Source: Alphaproteobacteria bacterium
GTDB lineage: Bacteria > Pseudomonadota > Alphaproteobacteria > UBA828
Direction of reading: 5' to 3'
NCBI GenBank assembly: GCA_965237415.1
Contig: CBDEFM010000002.1
Location: 384,001 to 448,000 of the forward strand
Length of the DNA: 64,000 nt
A program made the position numbers and the translations under genes. This document shows, piece after piece, positions 38,603 through 53,124 of the stretch (the stretch's first letter is position 1; each line of letters begins with the position of its first letter). The notes under the pieces are model-generated. The model searched no databases. It saw nothing but the letters and a program-made list of their open reading frames with translations, and had not been told where the DNA came from.

Positions 38603-40003
38603 ATGTTCCTGAGCGTCTTCGATATCTTCAAGGTCGGCATCGGCCCGTCCTCGTCCCACACCATGGGGCCGATGGCGGCGGCCAGGGCCTTTCTCGGCCT
38701 GCTTGTGGAGAAGGCCGACGCTGACCCACCGCCTGACGCATGGCTGCGGCTCCGCGTCTCGCTCCACGGCTCTTTGGCATTCACCGGCAAGGGCCATGCG
38801 ACGGACCGGGCGATCATGCTGGGCCTGCTCGGCCACCGCGCAGCCGATCTCGATGTGGAGAGCGCCGAGGCCGACCTGGCAGACCTCAGGCGGAGCCGGC
38901 ACTTGCCTGCACTTAACGGCATCACGCTCGTGTTCGATCCGCATCATAACATCATCTTCGACTACGGCCCGCCGCTCCCGGGCCATCCCAACGGCATGGA
39001 ATTCCAGGCAATCGACGCCGAGGGGGTGTGCTACCTGAGCCAGATCTACTTTTCGGTCGGCGGCGGCTTCATCGTGACCGAGGAACAACTCGCCGACGAC
39101 GCGGAGGAGGCGCCCGATCGGGAAGAGTCGCGCGTGCCGTATCCGTTCGAGAACGCGGCTGCCATGCTGCAGATGGCGGACGAGAGCGGCGCCTCCATCG
39201 CCGCAATGATGCTGGCGAACGAGCGCACTCTCCGCTCCGAGTCCGAGGTCGATGCCGGTATCGCGGCGCTCTGGGGCGCGATGGGCGCCTGCATCGATCA
39301 CGGACTCAAGCGGCAGGGCGAGCTCCCCGGCGGGCTCCGCGTGAAGCGGCGCGCCAGCGCGCTCTTCGAGCAGCTCTGCGACGAGCAGGGCTCCAACAGC
39401 GCGCAGCCCCACGTCTTTGCCGACTGGCTGACCGTCTATGCCATGGCGGTCAACGAAGAGAACGCCGGCGGCGGCAAGGTGGTCACGGCGCCCACCAACG
39501 GGGCCGCCGGCGTGATCCCGGCGGTGCTGCGCTACTACCTGGAGCACTGCATTGGCGCGGAGAAGGACCGGGTGGGGGAGTTTCTGCTCACCGCTGCGGC
39601 GATCGGCGGCCTCATCAAGTCAAATGCGTCGATCTCCGGTGCCGACGCCGGCTGCCAGGCGGAGGTCGGCTCGGCCGCCGCCATGGCTGCGGCCGGCCTC
39701 TGCGCGGTCCTCGACGGCACGCCGGCGCAAGTGGAGAACGCGGCCGAGATCGCGCTCGAGCACCATCTCGGCATGACCTGCGACCCGGTGGCCGGCCTCG
39801 TCCAGGTGCCCTGCATCGAGCGCAACGGCATCGGCGCCACCAAGGCCGTAGCCGCCGCTTCGCTCGCCTTGCGGGGCGACGGCACCCATTTCATGCCACT
39901 CGACAACTGCATCGAGGCGATGCGGGAGACCGGGCGGGAAATGAGCGCCAAGTTCAAGGAAACTAGTTTAGGCGGCCTCGCGGTAAACATGCCGGAGTGC
40001 TGA
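38603..40003 (+). CDS. sdaA: L-serine ammonia-lyase (Fe-S dependent)
   Basis: [56 protein letters not shown]. Confidence 0.96.
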   Translation: MFLSVFDIFKVGIGPSSSHTMGPMAAARAFLGLLVEKADADPPPDAWLRLRVSLHGSLAFTGKGHATDRAIMLGLLGHRAADLDVESAEADLADLRRSRHLPALNGITLVFDPHHNIIFDYGPPLPGHPNGMEFQAIDAEGVCYLSQIYFSVGGGFIVTEEQLADDAEEAPDREESRVPYPFENAAAMLQMADESGASIAAMMLANERTLRSESEVDAGIAALWGAMGACIDHGLKRQGELPGGLRVKRRASALFEQLCDEQGSNSAQPHVFADWLTVYAMAVNEENAGGGKVVTAPTNGAAGVIPAVLRYYLEHCIGAEKDRVGEFLLTAAAIGGLIKSNASISGADAGCQAEVGSAAAMAAAGLCAVLDGTPAQVENAAEIALEHHLGMTCDPVAGLVQVPCIERNGIGATKAVAAASLALRGDGTHFMPLDNCIEAMRETGREMSAKFKETSLGGLAVNMPEC

Positions 40004-40043
40004 GGCTGTTCGCGCCGTCGGCCAAACGATCGCTCGCCCGGCG

Positions 40044-41450
40044 TTACTCGGCCGCTTCCTCGGTTCGGCGCTCGATTAATTCCTCGGCCTGAGGCTTGCG
40101 GGGATCGAGCTCGACCGGCTCCAGCGGCGGAATCGTCGATCCGGCGGGAGCGACGCCGAGCGATTCGAATTTGCGAGCCGCCGGGAGCACACGCCGCTCC
40201 AGCGAGCCGATCCCCCTGTTGTAGCGCTCGACCGTCTGCTGCAACGCCCGGCCGAGATCGCCCATGTGCCCGCCGAAGGTCTTGATGCGCTCGTAGAGGT
40301 CGCGACCCTGCGCCGCCACCGCCTGCGCGTTCTCGGCCAGCTTCTCCTGCTGCCAGCCGTAGGCAATCGTCTTCACCAGAGCGATGAGTGTGGTCGGCGT
40401 GCTGATGAGGACGCGCTGGCGCGCGGCGCTCTCGAACAGCGCGGGATCGCTCTCGACGGCCGCTGCGAAGAAGGATTCGCCGGGGACGAACATCACGACG
40501 AACTCGGGCGTCTCGGGCAGGGCCTTCCAGTAGTCTCGCGAGGACAGCGCCCGCACATGGTCGCGAACCTGGCGCGCATGGTCGGCAATGAAGCGCTCGC
40601 GCGCTTCATCGTCGGGCGCCTCCACGGCGTTGAGGTAGGCGTCGAGCGGAGTCTTGGCATCGACGATGATCGACTTGCCGCCGGGGACGCGGATGATCAC
40701 GTCGGGCCGCAGCCGGCCTTCGTCGCCCTCGATGGTCGACTGCTCGACAAAATCAACGTGCTCGGTCATGCCGGCCATCTCGAGCACGTTCTTGAGCTGA
40801 TACTCGCCCCAGCGGCCGCGGGTCTGGGGCCGCCGCAGCGCCTGCACGAGGCGGCTGGTCTCCGAACGAAGGCCGGTCTGCCCCTCCGCCAGGCTCTTCA
40901 CCTGCTCGGTGATCGCCCGGTAGGCGCCCTCGCGGGCCTTCTCGATCGCGTCCACCTTGCTCTCGAACTTGGTGAGGCTCTCGCCGAGCGGCTTGACCAG
41001 CGTCTCGATCGCCGTGCGGCGCTTCTCCAGGTCTTCGGTCGCCGTCTGCCGGTGCTTGTCGAAGCGCTCGCTCACGAGTTTGAGAAAACTCTCGCTGTTC
41101 TTTCCGAGCGCCTCCGATGCGAGGCCCACGAACTTGCGCTCCAGCTCGGCCCCCATGCGTGTGAGCTCCTGGACGCGGGCCTCGTGGTTCTTGCGCTCGG
41201 ATTCTCGAGACGCTTCGAGCGCCGCGTTTGTCTTCTCCGCCGCCTCGAGCCGGTCTCGGAGCGCGGCGTTCTCCTCTTCGAGCCGAGGCACGCGGTCGGC
41301 TGCGACGGCAAGCCGGGCGTTCTCGGCCGCGCGTTCCTCGCGTTCCCCAGCGGCCTTCCGCGCCGCCCGGAGCGCAAGGACGGCGTAAGAGACCGCCGCG
41401 CCCGCGAGCGCTCCCAGCACGATGACGATGATCGTCAGCCCGAGGCCCAT
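40044..41450 (-). CDS. rmuC: DNA recombination protein RmuC
   Basis: N-terminal TM helix and coiled coil; RGRWGE, RPD, IVDAKTP, FVVMFVPGE, TPTTL. Confidence 0.93.
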   Translation of the reverse strand: MGLGLTIIVIVLGALAGAAVSYAVLALRAARKAAGEREERAAENARLAVAADRVPRLEEENAALRDRLEAAEKTNAALEASRESERKNHEARVQELTRMGAELERKFVGLASEALGKNSESFLKLVSERFDKHRQTATEDLEKRRTAIETLVKPLGESLTKFESKVDAIEKAREGAYRAITEQVKSLAEGQTGLRSETSRLVQALRRPQTRGRWGEYQLKNVLEMAGMTEHVDFVEQSTIEGDEGRLRPDVIIRVPGGKSIIVDAKTPLDAYLNAVEAPDDEARERFIADHARQVRDHVRALSSRDYWKALPETPEFVVMFVPGESFFAAAVESDPALFESAARQRVLISTPTTLIALVKTIAYGWQQEKLAENAQAVAAQGRDLYERIKTFGGHMGDLGRALQQTVERYNRGIGSLERRVLPAARKFESLGVAPAGSTIPPLEPVELDPRKPQAEELIERRTEEAAE

Positions 41451-41510
41451 GTCGTCGATCCGCCGTCCTCTCGTCGCCGGCCAGGGTACGCCGCCGAAGG
41501 CGCGCTGTCG

Positions 41511-43088
41511 TCAGAAGCTCAGGCGCTTGAGGTCGATGAGCGGCGCACGCGCACGGAGCTTGGCGAGCACATCGTCCGGAACCGCCGAATCGACGCCGAC
41601 AAGGCCGACGGCGGCGCCGCCCGGTTCCCTGCGCCCCAGACTGAACGTGGCGATGTTGACCCCGGCTTCGCCGAGGATCGTGGCAACCGCGCCGATCAGG
41701 CCCGGCTTGTCTTCGTTGGTGAAGTAAAGCATGTGCGGGCCGAGCTCGGCCTCGACCTCGATCCCCTCGACTTCCACGATCCGCCGCCCGCCGCGGCCGA
41801 TGAGCGTGCCCGCCACGGCTTGCGCGTGATCCTGCGACAGCACTTCGACGCGCATGAGAGTTTGATAGTCGGCCGTCGTCGCGCTCTTGATCTCGCGCAC
41901 GGCGATGCCGCGCTCGCGGGCGATGAAGGGGGCGTTGACGATGTTGATGTCGTCGAGGCGCGGGCCGAGCAGACCTTGCAGAGCCGCCGCCGTGAGAAGC
42001 CGCGTATCGAGCGCGCTGGCCTGGCCTTCGTAGGCGATCGTCACGCCGCGGATGCGGCCTTCCGCAATCTGGCCGGCAAAGCTCCCGATCTGCTGGGCGA
42101 GGGTCAGGTAAGGGCCGAGCTTCGCCATGTCCTCCGGCGCCACCGAGGGCGTGTTGACCGCGTTGAGCACCGTGCCGGTCAGTAGGTACTCGGCCATCTG
42201 TTGCGCGATCTGGTGCGCCACGTTCTCCTGCGCCTCGACCGTGGAGGCCCCGAGGTGGGGCGTCGCAATGACCTCGTCCAACGCGAAGAGCGGATTGTTT
42301 CGCGCCGGCTCCTCCTCGAACACGTCGAGCGCGGCACCGGCCACGTGGCCGCTCTCGATGGCGACCTTGAGGTCCGCCTCCACGACCAGCCCGCCGCGCG
42401 CGCAGTTCACGATGCGCACGCCCGGCTTGGTCTTGGCGAGCGCATCGGCGTCGACGGTCCCCCGCGTCTCGTCCGTGAGCGGCACGTGCAAGGTGATGAC
42501 GTCGGCATCGTCGAGCAGCTCGTCCATCGTCACCAGCGTCACGCCGAGGGCGGACGCACGCTGCGGCGCCAGATAGGGATCGCAGGCGATGACCCGCATT
42601 CTGAGTCCCTGGGCGAGGGCGGCGACGATGGCGCCGATGGTGCCGCAGCCGATGATGCCGAGGGTCTTGTCGCGGAGCTCGACGCCCATGAAGCGGCCGC
42701 GCTCCCACTCGCCCTTGCGCGTGGATCGATCGGCCTGCGGGATGCGCCGCGCGAGCGAGCACATCATCGCGATGGTGTGCTCGGCTGCGGTCACGGAGTT
42801 TCCGTGGGGCGTGTTCATGACCACGATGCCGCGCTTTGTCGCCGCATCCATATCGACGTTGTCGACTCCGGTGCCGGCGCGGCCGACGACCTTGAGCCGG
42901 GTCGCCCGTTCCAGCAGGTCCGGGGTCACTCTCGTCGCAGAGCGGACGACAAGGCCCTCATAGCCGGCGATGATCTCGGCCAACGCTTCGGGCGCGAGAC
43001 CCGGATGAACGCCGACCTCGATGCCGCGCTCTGCGAACGCCTTGGCGGCCACGTCGCTCATCTCGTCTGCAATCAGAACTTTCGGCAT
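41511..43088 (-). CDS. serA: D-3-phosphoglycerate dehydrogenase
   Basis: VRSATRV, GRAGTGVDN, GCGTIG, NCARGG, TPHLGASTVEAQ, C-terminal ACT (DKPG). Confidence 0.96.
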   Translation of the reverse strand: MPKVLIADEMSDVAAKAFAERGIEVGVHPGLAPEALAEIIAGYEGLVVRSATRVTPDLLERATRLKVVGRAGTGVDNVDMDAATKRGIVVMNTPHGNSVTAAEHTIAMMCSLARRIPQADRSTRKGEWERGRFMGVELRDKTLGIIGCGTIGAIVAALAQGLRMRVIACDPYLAPQRASALGVTLVTMDELLDDADVITLHVPLTDETRGTVDADALAKTKPGVRIVNCARGGLVVEADLKVAIESGHVAGAALDVFEEEPARNNPLFALDEVIATPHLGASTVEAQENVAHQIAQQMAEYLLTGTVLNAVNTPSVAPEDMAKLGPYLTLAQQIGSFAGQIAEGRIRGVTIAYEGQASALDTRLLTAAALQGLLGPRLDDINIVNAPFIARERGIAVREIKSATTADYQTLMRVEVLSQDHAQAVAGTLIGRGGRRIVEVEGIEVEAELGPHMLYFTNEDKPGLIGAVATILGEAGVNIATFSLGRREPGGAAVGLVGVDSAVPDDVLAKLRARAPLIDLKRLSF

Positions 43089-43118
43089 CGCTCCCCGCAT
43101 CGGCGGCCTGGCGGCCTA

Positions 43119-43931
43119 GGCCTGTTCACACTAACGCAGTGCATCGCATATGAGCGCGAAGAGGATGAACCCGAGGAAGATCACGTCGAGCTTCTCGAAT
43201 CGAGAGAAGATTCGGCGGAAGCCCTTGAGGCGTCGGAACAGGCGCTCGATTTCGTTGCGCCGCCTGTACATCTCCCGGTTGTATACCCAGGGGTCGCGCC
43301 GGGTCTTGAGCGGCGGAACCACGGGTGTGAAGCCGAGGTCGAGCGCCAGTTGGCGTGTCTCGTTGCCTTCGTACGCGCGGTCCATGATCAGACAGGGCTG
43401 GTGCGGTTGCGCGCCGAGGCGCTGGAGCAGCTTGCGCCCTTCGGGAGCATCGTGGGCCTGTCCGGGCGACAGCGAGAACGTTATGGCCGTCCGGGCATCC
43501 GCGGCAACCATATGAAGCTTGGTGGTCCAGCCGCCTCGGGATCTGCCGATCGACTGCGGTCCGTTTTTTTTAGCGCCCCAGTCCCGTCGGGATGCACCTT
43601 GACGATGGTGCTGTCCAGCGACAGCGCTTCGAGCTTGATGCGCACGATCTGTTCTCGTTGCAGCTGTTCGAAGACCCGGTCGAGGACGCCGTTCTTCGAC
43701 CAGCGGTTCATGCGCATGTAAATGGTGTGCCAATTGCCGAAGTGACTGGGCAAGCCGCGCCATTTGCAGCCATGCTCCGCCACGTACAGGATGGCGTTGA
43801 GCACCTGCAGGTTCGACAGGCTGACGTTGCCGCGTTGCACCGGAAGGTACGGGGCAATGCGAGCGTATTGGGCTTCCGTGATCTCCATCCGAGAATGATA
43901 ACACGATTCGCATAATTAGCGTGAACAGGCC
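43119..43931 (-). mobile_element. IS5-family (IS427-group-like) insertion sequence, apparently intact
   Basis: 16-bp inverted repeats GGCCTGTTCACACTAA / TTAGCGTGAACAGGCC (1 mismatch); CTA direct repeats at 43116-43118 and 43932-43934. Confidence 0.93.
43131..43888 (-). CDS. IS5-family transposase, two ORFs joined by probable -1 programmed frameshift
   Basis: OrfA GCKWRGLP..FG.W.TIY.R..RW, LDST.VKVH; A8 run at 43564-43571; OrfB GRSRGG.TTKLH, DRAY, Y.RRNEIERLF..LK.FRRI. Confidence 0.92.
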
Positions 43932-45092
43932 CTAGTCCGCCCCCTGCCGGCGCACCTCATCCCAGGCCCAGTCGAGCCACGGGGTCAGTGCTTCGAGATC
44001 GTCGCTCTGCACCGTGCCGCCGCACCAGATACGAAGCCCCGGCGGGGCGGCCCGGTGGGTCTTGATATCATATGCGGCGTCTTCCGCCTCCAGCATGGCG
44101 GTCATCCGCTTGATCACGGTCCATTGATCGTCCGCCCCGAGCCCGCTGAACCAGGGATCGACGATACTGAGGCATACCGATGTGTGGGAGCGCGTCTCCG
44201 GCACCTGGGCGAGGAAGTCGATCCAATCGCGCGCCGCCACCCACGACTCGATGACGCCGAAATTGGCGCGTGCCCGGGCGATCATGCCGGTCTGGCCGCC
44301 GATCGATTCGATCCAGCGGAGCGCGTCGAGCGTGTCTTCGACCGCCATCATCGAGACCGTGTTGATGGTCTCGCCGCGGAAGATGCCCTCGTTGAGCCTG
44401 CCGTCCCCGGTGGTGAGGCGGAAGACTCTGGGTACCGGCCAGGGCGGCGATTCGCTCTCCAGCCGCGCCACCGCGCGCGGGCCGAGGATCAGCATGCCGA
44501 ACCCGGCCTCGCCGCCCAAGGCCTTCTGCCAGGAGTAGCTGGTCGCATCGAGCCTGGTCCAGTCCATCGGATAGGCGAGGACGGCGGAGGTGGCGTCGCA
44601 GAGCGTGAGCCCTGCGCGATCGGCGGCGATCCACTCCGCATCGGGGACCCGCACGCCCGAGGTGGTGCCGTTCCAGACGAATACCGTGTCGCGGTCGGGA
44701 TCGACCTGCGCGAGATCGGGCAGGCGGCCGTATGGCGCGTCGAGCACGCGCGAGTCCAGAGGGCGCAGCTCGCGCCCGCCGTCGTGCGCCCATAGCGCGC
44801 CGAAATTGTCCCAGCTCAGGAAGTCCACCCCGCGCGGGCCGAGCAGCGACCACATGGCCATCTCGATGGCGCCGGTGTCGGAGCCCGGAACGATTCCGAT
44901 CCGCCACTCGTCCGGCAGCCCGAGGAGCGCGCGCGATCGCTCCAGCAGCTCCTGGATGCGCGCCAGCGGCTCGCGCGCCCGATGGGACCTGCCGAGCAGC
45001 GCGCCCGAGAGGACGTCGACCGACCATCCGGGCCGCTTGGGGCACGGCCCGGAGGAGAAGAGGGGGGTGTCGGGACGGACGGCGGGCTTCAT
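43932..45092 (-). CDS. serC: Phosphoserine aminotransferase (alphaproteobacterial type)
   Basis: KP..RP..P.FSSGP..KRPGW, GRSHR, SDTGA.EMA, WNGTTSG, CDATS, SWQK, PPGLRIWCG; upstream of serA. Confidence 0.94.
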   Translation of the reverse strand: MKPAVRPDTPLFSSGPCPKRPGWSVDVLSGALLGRSHRAREPLARIQELLERSRALLGLPDEWRIGIVPGSDTGAIEMAMWSLLGPRGVDFLSWDNFGALWAHDGGRELRPLDSRVLDAPYGRLPDLAQVDPDRDTVFVWNGTTSGVRVPDAEWIAADRAGLTLCDATSAVLAYPMDWTRLDATSYSWQKALGGEAGFGMLILGPRAVARLESESPPWPVPRVFRLTTGDGRLNEGIFRGETINTVSMMAVEDTLDALRWIESIGGQTGMIARARANFGVIESWVAARDWIDFLAQVPETRSHTSVCLSIVDPWFSGLGADDQWTVIKRMTAMLEAEDAAYDIKTHRAAPPGLRIWCGGTVQSDDLEALTPWLDWAWDEVRRQGAD

Positions 45093-45123
45093 GCGCGGTA
45101 CAGCCGGTGCGGGCCTCTCGGGC

Positions 45124-45906
45124 TCAGACCGTGATCGTCCCTGCGAGGTACTGAACGGCACGTCCGGCAAGCCGCACACGCTCGCCGGCGACCGTGCAGT
45201 GCACGACCCCGCCGCGTGCTGAAACCTGGTGGGCGTGCAGGGTGGTCTTGCCCAGGCGCTCGGCCCAGAAGGGAGCGAGCATGCAATGAGCTGACCCGGT
45301 GACCGGGTCTTCCGGCACCCCTAGTCGGGGGCAGAAGAACCGCGAGACGAAGTCCGCGCTCTCACCCGGCGCGGTCACGATGACCCCGCGCCGCGCGTCG
45401 AGCCGCGTCAGCGCCGTCATGTCGGGCGCGATCGCCCTGATCTGGGCTTCGGTCTCGAAAAGCGCGAGGTAGTCCATGTCGGCGAAGACGGCCACGGGTG
45501 TCGTGCCCAGGCCTGCGGAGAGATCGGCCGGCGTCTCCACAGGGTCCGCCGCAAGCGCCGGAAAATCCATTGTCAGGCCGTCGTCGCCGCGGGCCACATC
45601 GAGACGCCCGCTCCTGGTATCGAAAGCGACCGCATCGGCGTCCGGCCGCAAATGATGAAACACGACGTGGGCGCTGGCGAGGGTCGCATGGCCGCACAGA
45701 TCGACCTCGGCCAGCGGCGTGAACCAACGCAAGGCGTAGGCGCCGTTGGCGGGCACGAAGAACGCGGTCTCCGACAGGTTGTTCTCGTACGCGATGGCCT
45801 GCAGCGTGGGGTCGTCGAGCCAGGAATCCAACGGGCAGACGGCAGCGGGATTGCCGCCGAACACCGTATCGGTGAACGCATCGATCTGGAATATTTGCAG
45901 CCGCAT
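45124..45906 (-). CDS. PhzF family isomerase/epimerase
   Basis: QIDAFT...GGNPAAV, NLSETAF, EVDLCGHAT, EDPVTGSAHC. Confidence 0.92.
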   Translation of the reverse strand: MRLQIFQIDAFTDTVFGGNPAAVCPLDSWLDDPTLQAIAYENNLSETAFFVPANGAYALRWFTPLAEVDLCGHATLASAHVVFHHLRPDADAVAFDTRSGRLDVARGDDGLTMDFPALAADPVETPADLSAGLGTTPVAVFADMDYLALFETEAQIRAIAPDMTALTRLDARRGVIVTAPGESADFVSRFFCPRLGVPEDPVTGSAHCMLAPFWAERLGKTTLHAHQVSARGGVVHCTVAGERVRLAGRAVQYLAGTITV

Positions 45907-46002
45907 GCAACAGTTTATTGACGATCGCGTACAGGCATGCAAGGTGAGGCACGGGCTGCGGCGCCGCGCGCCGCGCCGCAACGATCGGGTTCCGCCGACG
46001 GC

Positions 46003-47439
46003 ATGAACCGCGTCTCCTTGCGAGAGTTCCGGGTGACCGCGTTTGCTGCCACAGTGGGTGCGGCGGCGCTTTGCATGGCCGCGCTCGCCGCGCCGCAGGC
46101 AAAGGGCGCCGACTTCTTCGAGGCCTACGAGGCGTTTCAACGCGGCGACTACGACGAGGCGCGCGCGGCTTGGTCCAAGCTCGCCCACGCCGGCGATGTC
46201 GACGCGCAGTTCAATCTCGGCACACTCTACGAGAACGGATTAGGCGTGTCGGAAGACGCCGAGAAGGCGGCGCGCTGGTACCGGGCTGCGGCGGCCCGCC
46301 GCCTCGACCTCGCCCGCCTCGCATTGGCGCGGCTGCAGCGCGTCGGTGTGCTCGAGCCCGACCCGGACGAGGACCAGATCAAGCTCCTGGAAACCGCCGC
46401 CCGCCGCGGCCTGGCCGAGGCCCAGTTCGAGCTCGGCGTGGCCTATGACCTCGGGCTCGGCGTTACCCAGAATCACGCGACCGCGGCGGGCTGGTATCAG
46501 CGCGCGGCCGAGCAGGGCCTGACCGACGCCCAGTACAACCTGGCGACGCTCTACGACGAAGGGCTGGGGACGCCGCGCGATATCGAGCGGGCGCAAGACT
46601 GGTACATGCGTGCTGCCGACGCCGGCGAGGCCCGGGCCATGAACAATCTCGGGTATATCTACGAGAAGGGCCTGACGGGGGTGAGGGACTACGGCAAGGC
46701 GGTCGTCTGGTATCGCCGCGCCGCACGCAAGGGCCTCGCAATCGCGCAGAGCAATCTGGCGGCGCTTCACTATCTCGGCCGCGGCGTAACGCGCGACTTC
46801 GAGCAATCCTATCGCTGGTACAAGGCGGCTGCCGAACAGGGCGACGCAGTGGGTCGGAACGGCCTCGGCTTGCTCTATGCGAACGGCCTCGGCGTCGAGC
46901 GCGACCTCGTCCAGGCAATGGCCTGGTTCAACCTCGCTGCCCATGCGAAAGGCTCGGCCGGTGCAGATGCGATGACCTACCGCGATCGTCTCTCGCGCCT
47001 CATGTCGCCGGCTGAGAGCGCCGAGGCGGAAGCATTGAGCATCGAGATCGCGGCCCGGGCCGATGCCGAAAACGTGCCCAATATACCTGCTTTCGGCGTC
47101 GCTATGCCGAGGCCGGCGAACGGCTTCGGGGATTCCGCCATTTACGCGCAGAGGCTTCTCAAGTCGCTGGGATACTATGATGCGGCGGTCGATGGAGTTG
47201 CCGGCGAGCTCACCATCAAGGCGACACGGCAGTTCTTGCGGGAGAATGAGCTGTCCATGGCCCCGCAGATCACGCGGGATCTGGTGGCAGCGCTGGAGGA
47301 GGAACGGGTGGAGCGGATCGCGGCTGCCGCCGCCGCTGCTGCCGCCGCCGCTGCTGCCGCCGAGGAGGCCGCGGGGCAGGAACGCATAGATGAGCTTCCC
47401 GAACAGGCGGCTGAGCTTAACGGGCAGGACCGGTTATGA
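46003..47439 (+). CDS. Secreted Sel1-like repeat protein with C-terminal peptidoglycan-binding domain
   Basis: Signal peptide; about seven AQ.NLG..Y..G.GV..D...A..WY..AA..G repeats; Q.LL..LGYY...VDG..G..T..A...F; poly-Ala tract. Confidence 0.88.
   Translation: MNRVSLREFRVTAFAATVGAAALCMAALAAPQAKGADFFEAYEAFQRGDYDEARAAWSKLAHAGDVDAQFNLGTLYENGLGVSEDAEKAARWYRAAAARRLDLARLALARLQRVGVLEPDPDEDQIKLLETAARRGLAEAQFELGVAYDLGLGVTQNHATAAGWYQRAAEQGLTDAQYNLATLYDEGLGTPRDIERAQDWYMRAADAGEARAMNNLGYIYEKGLTGVRDYGKAVVWYRRAARKGLAIAQSNLAALHYLGRGVTRDFEQSYRWYKAAAEQGDAVGRNGLGLLYANGLGVERDLVQAMAWFNLAAHAKGSAGADAMTYRDRLSRLMSPAESAEAEALSIEIAARADAENVPNIPAFGVAMPRPANGFGDSAIYAQRLLKSLGYYDAAVDGVAGELTIKATRQFLRENELSMAPQITRDLVAALEEERVERIAAAAAAAAAAAAAAEEAAGQERIDELPEQAAELNGQDRL
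47320..47361 (+). repeat. GCN trinucleotide tract encoding poly-alanine
   Basis: GCG GCT GCC GCC GCC GCT GCT GCC GCC GCC GCT GCT GCC GCC = 14 Ala, with 15-bp periodicity. Confidence 0.85.
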
Positions 47440-48269
47440 AGCGTACGCTTTCCACAATTCCTACCGCGCCGGTGGCGCTGGCCGCAACAGTTGGGCTGGT
47501 GTTGGCGCTGCTCGTCGGATGCGCGCCGGGCGAAGAGCCCTATGTCGAGCGTCCGGTCGAGGAGCTCTACAACGAGGCGATGGACAGCCTGTTGGATGAA
47601 GACTTCGAGGCTGCGGTGGCCGGCTTCGCCGAGGTGGAGCGCCAGCACCCCTATTCGGTGTGGGCGACGCGGGCGCAGATCATGTCGGCGTTTGTCTACT
47701 ATCAGAGCAACCGCTACGACGACGCCATCGCCGCGGCGGGCCGGTTCATCGAGCTGCATCCCGGAAATCGCGACGCCGCCTACGGCTACTACCTGATCGC
47801 CATGTCCCATTACGAGCAGATCACCGACGTGAACCGCGATCAGAGGACGACGGCGCTTGCGCTGCAGGCGCTTGAGGAGGTGGTGCGCCGCTTCCCCGGC
47901 AGCACCTATGCGCGCGATGCCCGCCTCAAGATCGATCTGGCGCGCGATCATCTCGCCGGAAAGGAGATGACTGTCGGACGCTACTACCTCAGGCGCGGAA
48001 ACGCCGTCGCGGCGATCGGGCGCTTTCGCAAGGTCGTCGAGCTCTACCAGACCACGAGCCACGCGGCGGAGGCGCTGCATCGCCTGACCGAAGCGTACCT
48101 GGCGCTCGGGGTCTCGGGCGAGGCGCAGACTGCGGCCGCGGTTCTCGGCCACAATTACCCGGGCAGCCGCTGGTACGAGCACAGTTACGCCCTGCTCGTC
48201 GACTCCGACCTGACGCCCGAGGCGGACGAAGAATCCTGGATAAGCCGCGTCTTCGGCGATCTGCTCTGA
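47436..48269 (+). CDS. bamD: Outer membrane protein assembly factor BamD
   Basis: Lipobox LVGC; F.EVERQHPYS.WA, DV.RDQ, LAGKEM.VGRYY, EALHRL.E.Y, LGHNYP.S.WY. Confidence 0.95.
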   Translation: MKRTLSTIPTAPVALAATVGLVLALLVGCAPGEEPYVERPVEELYNEAMDSLLDEDFEAAVAGFAEVERQHPYSVWATRAQIMSAFVYYQSNRYDDAIAAAGRFIELHPGNRDAAYGYYLIAMSHYEQITDVNRDQRTTALALQALEEVVRRFPGSTYARDARLKIDLARDHLAGKEMTVGRYYLRRGNAVAAIGRFRKVVELYQTTSHAAEALHRLTEAYLALGVSGEAQTAAAVLGHNYPGSRWYEHSYALLVDSDLTPEADEESWISRVFGDLL

Positions 48270-48279
48270 CGCGGGGCAG

Positions 48280-52751
<4,472 letters not shown>

Positions 52752-52755
<4 letters not shown>

Positions 52756-53124
52756 CCTGCTTTTCTCGCCGAGGTCCGGGGCTCTCTGTACCGCACACAC
52801 GACCCTGCTGGCCTGCGCGACCCTATGTGCCGCGCGCACGACCTTTCAGGCGTGCGCGACTCTGTTTGGAGCGCTCGGGACCTTTCGGGCCCGCGCGACC
52901 CCGGACCATGGTGCGATGCAGGGTGCGCCGCCTCTGCGTCAGGATCGCGCCATGAAAGGCGAGAGTGAGCGGATCACCACAGGCGGGGAGCGCGGGCGTG
53001 CGCGGCTCTGTCCTGCGGAATCCCACTTATCCCACTTAATCCCGCCGAATCCCGCTTCAAGATTAAGTTCTGCCCTAGGCGGTCGGCGGAACCGAGCCGC
53101 GACCGTGGCGAGAAATCCGGGCTA
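52752..53124. mobile_element. Putative MITE (~370 bp) with imperfect terminal inverted repeats
   Basis: Left CTAACCTGCTTTTCTCGCCGAGGTCCGGGGCTC versus right GAGCCGCGACCGTGGCGAGAAATCCGGGCTA; fills the whole intergenic gap; internal modules recur at 24188-24745. Confidence 0.7.

Noticed and set aside
45124-45906. Phenazine biosynthesis
   Set aside because: Stand-alone PhzF-family gene; no other phz genes present.
52784-52900. Possible CRISPR array
   Set aside because: Units are degenerate and contiguous with no unique spacers; no cas genes in the window.
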